DNA of 45,000 nucleotides, counting the filler, from Sphacelaria rigidula (lineage: Eukaryota): the NCBI GenBank assembly GCA_964200075.2. It is 2 parts of 2 records of this genome, joined end to end, with 100 filler letters (N's around TTAATTAATTAA, not from the genome) between each part and the next. Parts side by side here need not be neighbours in the genome. Positions count along the whole stretch, not along the records: positions 22,552 to 45,000 come from CAXNAA020000334.1; 1 more part is not named here. One strand, given 5' to 3'. Made by a program: the position numbers and the translations under genes. Within the stretch, counting starts at the first letter, position 1. Every line of letters begins with the position of its first letter. This document shows positions 37,546-45,000 of the stretch, one piece after another. A model generated the notes under the pieces. That model was given only the letters and a program-made list of their open reading frames with translations, searched no databases and had not been told where the DNA came from.

Positions 37546-40500
37546 TCCTTTTGGCACCGGACCCCCACTAACACAGGGTTGGCCCTGTGTTAGTGGAATA
37601 ATAAAAATATAAGAATTCGAGCGACCTGCCCAATCACGGCGAGGCGGTATTCATCGACCAGATCCGAACGGCCAGCGCGGGGATTCTTGTCGAGTGTAAT
37701 GCCACTGCAAAGGTTGTGTGGGGGCCCTATCCCTGGCCTAGATTAGCCTCCCCAGGTTTCGAAGTGCAGGGTGGTCGCAGCTTGGTGTTATGGTACTACT
37801 TGCTCTCAGTATACTATTCCCGAGTTTTTTCCGGAGTGTTTTTTGGGTCCCAATTCTATACTGAAACGTAGAAATTTACACCAACACAGGGTGGACCGAA
37901 AAAAAACGGGAAGGAGTGTACATGCCACAATGTGGTCATTTTCACAAGGCGCAAAATCCAGGTGGGCTGTGGAAAGACAAACGGAACTACCGTAATGAAT
38001 TCTGCGCATCCCTCTGCCGATGACTCGCAGTGTGCAGTCCACATGTATGTAGTGGACGGGGATGAACAAGCGGTATATAGGCAGCTGATTTCGGTAGCTG
38101 AGAATTCCCCAGAACGNNNNNNNNNNAGCGGCAGCTGCTGCTTTAGTCGGAGAGGCGTACTACACTGTGCTGTACTATACGTTGCTGAGAATTGCCCAGA
38201 ACGTGCGAGGGGGTATGCAGCAACAGCTGCTGCTTCAGTCGGAGAGGCGTACTACACTGGACTGTACTGTTGTATGAATGCCCGCCGCAACGCTGATACC
38301 CGTCGAAGAGAATTTGCCGCATGCAACAAGGGGGAAAATGACAGCCCACCCCGACCACAAGGGGCTGTGTGGCAAGGTGGTGGGGACAAAAATATCATCC
38401 ACAGCCACAAGTGGCGGGCGGCCCGCCGATCGCCGCATCCTGTTGGAAGCTTTCTACCACGACCCATACTGCTCGCTACATCAGATGTACACCACCTAAT
38501 GCGTACCCTGCACCTGAAAAGATTGGATGAAACTTTCGCTCTTCGCCATAACCCTACGGTTACATACGCGGATTTTCAGCAACATGCCACTGTTATGGGT
38601 AGGAATGGGGGCCCTAACGACCAAAATTCGAGATTTAAAATAAGAAATAACGCGGAGGAATAATGAACACGTCCGTAGGTGGTCGGATCTGTGCTGAGGC
38701 CCTCACGAACAGAACACACGCTTCATTACTTATTCAGTTGGTCTAGTACAGGAAACCTGTAGCACTGGAGATTGCTCGGTTCTCGACACAGGAAAAAAGC
38801 CGGTCCACGGCACTTGACAGCCCCCCGCATACACACGAGATCTAGGGAACCTAGTTTGATATTTTGCTGGCGTCGCGTCAGTGGCACGGAAATCCCTTCC
38901 CAGAGCGAAAAACACCTTGTTTTAGTACATTTAGGTCATTTGCGAGTCAGCATCACGTGCGAGTCAGCATCACACGCAAACGCAAACACCAAACTAGGCG
39001 ATATAGCTTGGGTGTGTGGGAAGCGCACGCAAGAAACCGCAGTCCAATCCCCCGCTTCGTTGCCGATTTGTAAGCGTTGCGCGATCGGCACTTTTGGAGT
39101 GAGGATCAGTAGCTTCTCGATGTCGAAGATGGCAAATTCAAAAACATCGATGCGCATCCTTATTTTCCTGCCGCAAGCAAGCTGTGACAACATGCACTTT
39201 GGTTGCGTGCCCCCAGGCGCTGCTTTGTTCTGTGCGGCTGTGCACACAGGGCAATTTCGCCTTTCAACGGCGAGTATCCTTTGAAGTGTCGAATTACAGA
39301 GGGAGAGTTGACAGAAGGAAAACAGAGCTGGCGGCTGCTTCATGTCAGGGATCCAGTGCAGAAGTCAAGGCGTCGAGAGCGATTTTAGTACGAGTATGTG
39401 CGTTACATCTGCTGGCTACCGCGGTCATGTATTTAGTAACTGTCTGTATATACTGATAATAGTATTAGAATGAGATGCAAAACAATCCGATGTTCGACAA
39501 GCTTTGTTTCGGGCTGGGTATTTTGTTTCTAGCGGCGAGCAGTGTGTGACGGATGGCATTTCAGTTTTGTGGCATGCCACCAGGTGCTGCTTCGTTCTGT
39601 ACGGCTGTGCACAAAGGGCAAATTCACCTTTCAATAGCGAATACGCTTCATGTATTGAGTTGCAGAGAGCGAGGTCACACATGAACTTCGGCTGTTGTGT
39701 CTGAGGATTCCAGCGGAGAAGTCAAGGCGCGAAGAGTGATTTTGATTGCAGACTGCGCATCATGTATGCCTTGGTCGGCAGAGCTGTGATTTTTCAAGTG
39801 ACTGACCGCCTGTACATACTGAAAATAGGGAAAAATTGTCGTTGAAGATGTTGATCTGGACAGGGAGAACCAGACCGTGCCCAAGCGACTGACAAGATAG
39901 GATTCCTTCCACTCGTGCCATGACCTTGACCCCATGGGGCCCATGACAAATTCACTCTCCAATCCCATAGTCATGGCTGTGTGTAGGACATGCAGCGCGT
40001 AGCCAATCCGCACAGCGTCAACCTCTTGATCGTCAAGATCATCAGCATCGTTCTCAGTAGTTTTCGGATGCGCGACGCTGCTGCTCATGATGTCCACATT
40101 CCCGTACTTTCTTGCTCCAGCACTGTGTCAGGCACGCCTTTCACTGCAGTTACGTTGGTGTGTAGCGACCACAACAGCTGTTGTTCGTGCTCTTGTCTCG
40201 TTATCTTCGCAATGACGGTAAACGTGGGGTGGCAGCTCGGGGGCGTGTGCTTCCCCACTGGTACAGACAGAAGCGAGACACTGGCTAGTGCAACAAGGTT
40301 GTCCATCTACTAAGGTGGAGCGAGCTTTCCGGAGGAACAAAATCACCCTAACACCGACCACTCCCAGGCTTGAATAAATATACTAGGAGTATAGTTCATT
40401 TCTTAAGAGCCAAATCGTCAATTGTAGGTGACGCGTGTATTTTCCTTTGATATGATTCGTTGGATTACGGGTCACTTCTGACGCATGTAGCGTACAACTT

Positions 40501-40624
40501 GCACTTTCCATGAATATAGTACCCAAAATCGGCCCCCATTCCTACCCTAACTGTTTCGTGCAGACGCCAGACACGTCATTCCCCCAGCCTCATTCGTCGT
40601 TCTGGAGGCCCGGTCCCAACAGGG
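37546..40624 (+). mobile_element. piggyBac-like element nested in intron 2 of the hAT transposase
   Basis: TTAA on both sides (37542-37545, 40625-40628). TIRs TCCTTTTGGCACCGGACCCCC and CCCTGTTGGGACCGGGCCTCC (16/21; the right one starts with CCC). A remnant WKDKR..TTVMNSAHP (~37970-38010, across a frameshift) resembles the piggyBac WxDxKxVxxLSTxH motif. Contains a 10-N gap at ~38117. Confidence 0.65.
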
Positions 40625-40734
40625 TTAATGCAGATAATGCTAAGAAGGCACTCACTGTTTCGTATCTCGTGGTGCCGAGTGCCGATACACCACATTTTTT
40701 ATCTTGTCTTTACCTTGTCCAAACAATAAAAGTC

Positions 40735-40910
40735 AACCAACCATCAAACCATCCATTCAATCCCAACCAACCAACTAACTAATTAACCAATTATTTTCAT
40801 TGTACAGTTATTGTAGTTCCCTTGTCCGAAAATAAAGATCCAATCCCAACCAACCATCCAATCATCCATCCAACCCCAATCAATCATCCAACCATCCATC
40901 AAAACCCAAT
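40735..40910. repeat. Low-complexity (CCAA/CCAT)n microsatellite-like tract
   Basis: Repeated ccaa/ccat/caat tetramers in two blocks. Confidence 0.6.
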
Positions 40911-41044
40911 CTTGAATCAATTAATTTGATTAATTAATATGTTCTTATTGTCTCCTTCTTGTCCAAAAAATAAAAATAAACAAAGCAACCAAAAACATCA
41001 ATACAAATATTATATTCCTAGATACAGTATATATATATATATAT

Positions 41045-41761
41045 AATATTTCGAACTCACGAGCGTGGAGCATACTTTGTAACGACGCGTCCATGAGATT
41101 TATTGCTGATTTTAGTGTGCAAGTTCCTCCGCACCCGCCCCGGGAGATGACTGTTCGGGCCAATGCCAGTGCTAGGGGCCCAGTTAGCGGATTCGTGCTT
41201 GACTTTGTGCGGGGGTACACAAGCGTTCGCGACCGCTCGAACGGAGCGATCGCGGTGGTCCTGCAATGGTTGCGGCGGGCATGAACACTTCGAGAGAGGA
41301 TCTATTCTCACGAGGGCTTGGCGAGGCAAGAATACCGAGACCCTCGAAAAAGACGGACGGGACCGGGGCGCAGCCCCGAGTCCCGTGCGGCTTGTAGTAT
41401 GTACAGAATATTTCGAACCCATGAGCGTGAAGCATACTTTGTAACGAGGCGTCCACGAGATTTACTGCTGATCTTAGTGTGCAAGTTCCTCCGCACCCGC
41501 CCCGGGAGATGACCGTTCGGGCCAATGCCAGTGGTAGGGGTCTGGTTAGCGGATTCGTACTTTACTTTGTGCGGGGATACACATGCGTTCGCGGCCGTTC
41601 GAACGGACGCGCGATCGCGGTGGTCCTGCGATGTTTCCGGCGGGCATGAGTATTTCGAGAGAGGATCTATTCTCACGAGGGCTTGGCAAGGCAAGAATAC
41701 CGAGACCCTCGGAAAAGACGGACGGGACCGGGGTGCAGCCCCGGGTCCCGTACGGCTTGCA
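41045..41761 (-). repeat. Head-to-tail tandem of two copies of repeat family C, next to a (TA)n tract
   Basis: Copies at 41045-41396 and 41407-41761 are separated by gtatgtacag. Both are reverse complements of 16699-17070. Confidence 0.85.
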
Positions 41762-44379
41762 TGGAACAAAATCATCCCGAAGTATATTGTTGATGCACTA
41801 AGAACCATACTATTAATAGTCAAATCGCGATCGCATTGCAATGTTAATATTTAGAGAGGCAAATAATTTGATTCTCTCTAGTATTGCACGCATGCCTCAC
41901 AACCACCGAACTAACTGCTTCAGTTTTGAACATACCGCAGATCGCCAAGATCACGATGGAGCTCGGCGATGGTGACTACTCCGTCGTGTTCGACAGCACT
42001 CCATACCGCTGCCAGTGCTTTGGCATCGGTGTCCGATTTGTTACGGATGGACAGGTGGTTTTAATGGGAGTGAACGCATGTTGTTCGCTGTTTTATGGTC
42101 GCAAGACCTGGGATATGTGGCCTGTGGCAGTGCGAACATTGGCATTGTGTTGTTTCGTTGACCGCGGAGTTACAACAGCACCGAGTTCTGACAGCGTGCA
42201 CTTTCCGTCAACTTGTTCCATGGTTCCGTCGTGTTTTGAACGCTGTACGGGATACATCCCGTGCGAAAAGGTGGTGCAACGTCATTTGCGGTTGAGCATG
42301 CTCAAGAGCAGCATGAATTTCAGGGATATCACCGGCCAGATCGCCAAGGTGTTGATGGGGGACTGTGGTGTCGTCCTCGAAAGCTGCATTGGCTCCAGGT
42401 ACGATGGCTGCTCGACAAATCATAAGGCGGTTGACGTCCTGCAGGGACTCTGCCCGAATGCTGTGGGTGTGCTATGCTGTTCACACCTCCTGAACAACAC
42501 CGGAAAGCAGTTTGGCTCCGAGGACTTGGGCACCTTCATGAGCAAGCTATTCCTCACCATGGCGCACAGTACGAATGCAAGGGACTACTAGAAGAAGGTC
42601 GTCGGCTGTTCGCCTCCGAACCTCCCATCCCACCGGTAGGCTAGCGCTTTCGAGGCATACCAGGTCGTGATGCTCAACTGGCCGGCGGTGGTAGAGTTCA
42701 TCACGAGCTACAGCTCCACAGACGAAGTGAGGTCTACATCTGTTACCTACATGCGGAAGGAGCTCGCACGCATGAGGGCCGATGGTGTCAGGCAGGAGGT
42801 CGTGCTCAAGGTTCAGCTGGCGATGCTGGTAGATGTCAGCGAGGTCATCACGAAGGCCACGTAGGACCTGGAGGGAGACGTTCCGCTGGTCAGTCTGACT
42901 CTCGCCTCTCGCCTGTCATTCTGTTGATGGTGGCTGGTGGTACCACGATGCTTCCACGCTTCCACGACCAAACACCAACCGAACCCGTCCACGCTCTACC
43001 GCCCCCCGCCCTGAATGCTTCATGCTTTCACGCTTTTCCGTGCCGTGTCTCGTGTGCGTAGTTGCACAAGGCTTTCGACATCTTCCAGGCGTTGCGGGTG
43101 AAGTGAGGTTTGACCGAGATCAGGAACCTGGTGATGGACATCGTCATGCCCAACGTTGCTGCTCTCGTAAAAGTAGTAGCCGACGCTGGTGACGTGGGTC
43201 AAAGTTTGCACCTGCATGGACACGCTGCCCCTGTCGTTGTAGTTGCTCGGTTGCTCTCACCTCTCTTGCTAGTGAACAATGGTCTGTAACCTCGGGTGAC
43301 TTTCCTGCCTGCCGGCTGCACACGCAGGTGGTTACGGAGGACCGGCTGCAAAGCAAGGTCCAAGACGCAGTCAACAACCAGCGTGAATATGCATCAGCAA
43401 GGTTCGGGTTCGGCCCGCAGGTGAAACTCAGTCGCACCCTCGAGATTTTCGCCGCAGCGAAGCCCATCGACTTCGTGTATATTAAGCAGCATGCACGCTA
43501 CACCGGGGAGGAGGTTCGCCAGCTTGCAGTTTTCCCCTTCGTGACCGAGGAGGTCATGGTGGGCCTTTTGTCCGAGAAGGGTGACTTTGTGGTCGCGGCC
43601 TCCGGCGCGCATTCAAATTATGATTTGCTGCCGTTTTGGGACAATAACAAAACAAGGCTTCCCACTTGGTATCTCGTGGCTATGGAAATCATCTTATTCA
43701 GCCATCGTCCGCATTCATGGAGCGAGTGTTCTCCTGTGTGAGGGGATGTTTGGACTCCCGGCAGGAGAAGGCGTTAGCTGACTGGATCGAATCCGCGGTT
43801 ATGCTCCAGCACGATCGGAGGGGGAAGCTTGACAAGATTTCAAATGTCGACTGATGGTAGATGTGGGGGGGTCGGGGGCGGTAGTTTGTAGCTTGTAGCT
43901 TGCCGGGCAAGAGGCCAAAGGCTGCAATATCGTAGGTCCAGAGGCTGCAATTCCCCGCTGCTGTATCATGTATAGTATCATGAGGGCATGTAGTGGCATT
44001 TGCTATTTCGATAGGTGGTTTGGGGTGGCGTTCAAACTCAATGATCAAGGAGAGATTGTATTTTTTTTTTTTCAACATATTTCAAACCTCGAATACCCGA
44101 GTTGTCGCCCTCTCCTCGTGCTAGAATAGAAGTCTTGCCTCGTGAGGGGATACTGCCACAAGGTTACAACAAGAACGCGAAGTAGGCGCATAAAGTAAGC
44201 ATATATTCGCTGGAAAAGGCTTTAAATGGGCGATAAACAAGGTGGCAAAGCATATAAAAAACAAATGAGCATGAAAATAATAAAAACGCGCAAACGAAGC
44301 TAAAGCGTACCCAACAGCGACACGCTGACCACGATACGGTTCTTGTACTCGTGTGTCCCGAGCTATTCTTGTGGGCACA

Positions 44380-44884
44380 GTAACACAACGACTTGCTGAG
44401 AAAGGTACAATACCGGCTCCTCCTGCGAGTCATCGCGTACCGCCGAGTGCACGGCACATACCGACAGCTGCCGTATACACGGGCCCTCAAGGAGACCGGA
44501 TGCCAAAGTGCTGAAGCCATCGTCCGGCAACGACGATTGCTGTTCGCGGGAGCCCTGGCTGAACAACCGGACAAACGACTACCGAAGCGAATGTAATAGC
44601 ATTCGAAACATTGTCGGGGGGGAGGATCCAGGACCAGGGTGCCCGGAACAAAATTGGCTGAAGTGCCTGAGGGACGATCTCCACGCTTTCGGCGCCAGAC
44701 ATTCGGGATTGACCGCGTCCTATGGACCTCAGCAGCGAAAGAGGAGGGGGGGTTGCCTTGGCACGCGGGAGTGCTGCAAGGAGCGGAGAGGTGCATGATC
44801 TCATGGCACAGAAACGAAGAGGAGGCCAGCCGACTGCGTGCGATTAGACGGGGGACCAGCGAAGCCCACATAACACAGCAATGA
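44380..44884 (+). mobile_element. RTE-clade non-LTR retrotransposon (LINE), 5'-truncated C-terminal ORF fragment
   Basis: HNDLLRKVQYRLLLRVIAYRR...ALKETGCQSAEAIVRQRRLLFAGALAEQPDKRLPKRM...GPGCPEQNWLKCLRDDL matches the post-RT region of RTE elements (xRxRRLxWxGHxxRxxxxRLPKx...GRPxxxWxxxxxxDL). It contains a stop and frameshifts. Confidence 0.8.
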
Positions 44885-45000
44885 CGACGGTCCAGAGAGG
44901 GGGGGGGGGGAGGTGAATCCCCCCGATGAGGGGTGTCGTTATGGCATGCAGTGCTTGTCTTGATACGCCTGGTATGCTTGTACGTATGGCTGTCCCTCGA

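Larger units (their letters stand above)
36203..43854 (+). pseudogene. Intron-containing hAT transposase pseudogene. Approximate exons: 36203-36802, 37247-37480, 41941-42054, 42271-42888, ~43062-43186, 43328-43854
   Basis: N-terminal Zn-finger-like RLKEFPDECLVANNGHLDCLACKK. Candidate catalytic D residues in SVVFDSTP and RYDGCSTN, a CxxH motif (LCCSHLLNN), R(W>*) and LEGD. C-terminal hATC dimerisation region LLPFWDNNKTRLPTW...QPSSAFMERVFS carries the candidate catalytic E. GT-AG boundaries. Premature stops (e.g. TAG at 42589-42591, 42637-42639, 42862-42864) and frameshifts (~36305, ~43695). Confidence 0.85.
35778..44309 (+). mobile_element. Full-length hAT-superfamily DNA transposon (8.5 kb including nested insertions)
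   Basis: Left TIR TAGGCTTCAGCTTCGTATGCGCG (35778-35800) matches the reverse complement of the right TIR, TACGCTTTAGCTTCGTTTGCGCG (44287-44309), at 20/23. The flanking 8-mers TCCAACAG (35770-35777) and CCCAACAG (44310-44317) match at 7/8, the hAT-diagnostic 8-bp TSD. The element encloses a hAT transposase. Confidence 0.88.

Noticed and set aside
38095..38270. ~90-bp tandem repeat
   Set aside because: It directly flanks a 10-N gap and may reflect overlapping contig ends.

Overview
Eukaryotic, intron-rich and repeat-rich genomic DNA, most likely from a brown alga such as Ectocarpus (inferred from gene content and architecture, not proven). The window spans an artificial scaffold join at 22452-22551 (N44-TTAATTAATTAA-N44), so the two halves may not be true neighbours. 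The left part carries a minus-strand, secreted DOMON + copper type II (dopamine beta-monooxygenase-like) gene. Seven exons were reconstructed by hand and its 3' end appears to lie outside the window. Its long second intron is packed with MITE/foldback elements. Next comes an intergenic stretch with a TA-flanked Tc1/mariner-type non-autonomous element, a tRNA-derived SINE and copia/gag fragments. The right part carries a tandem pair of ankyrin-repeat genes, one intact (3 exons, 402 aa) and one frameshifted, with a distinctive RGPAxRARSWAWP C-terminal motif that may be phaeovirus-related. It also has a full-length 8.5-kb hAT transposon (23-bp TIRs, 8-bp TSD) whose decayed, intron-containing transposase hosts a nested TTAA-flanked piggyBac-type element and a tandem GC-rich repeat. 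An RTE-type LINE fragment closes the window. I found no clearly novel multi-gene system. The best leads are the ankyrin pair, the nested transposon stack, and the unidentified coding-like cargo inside the piggyBac element.
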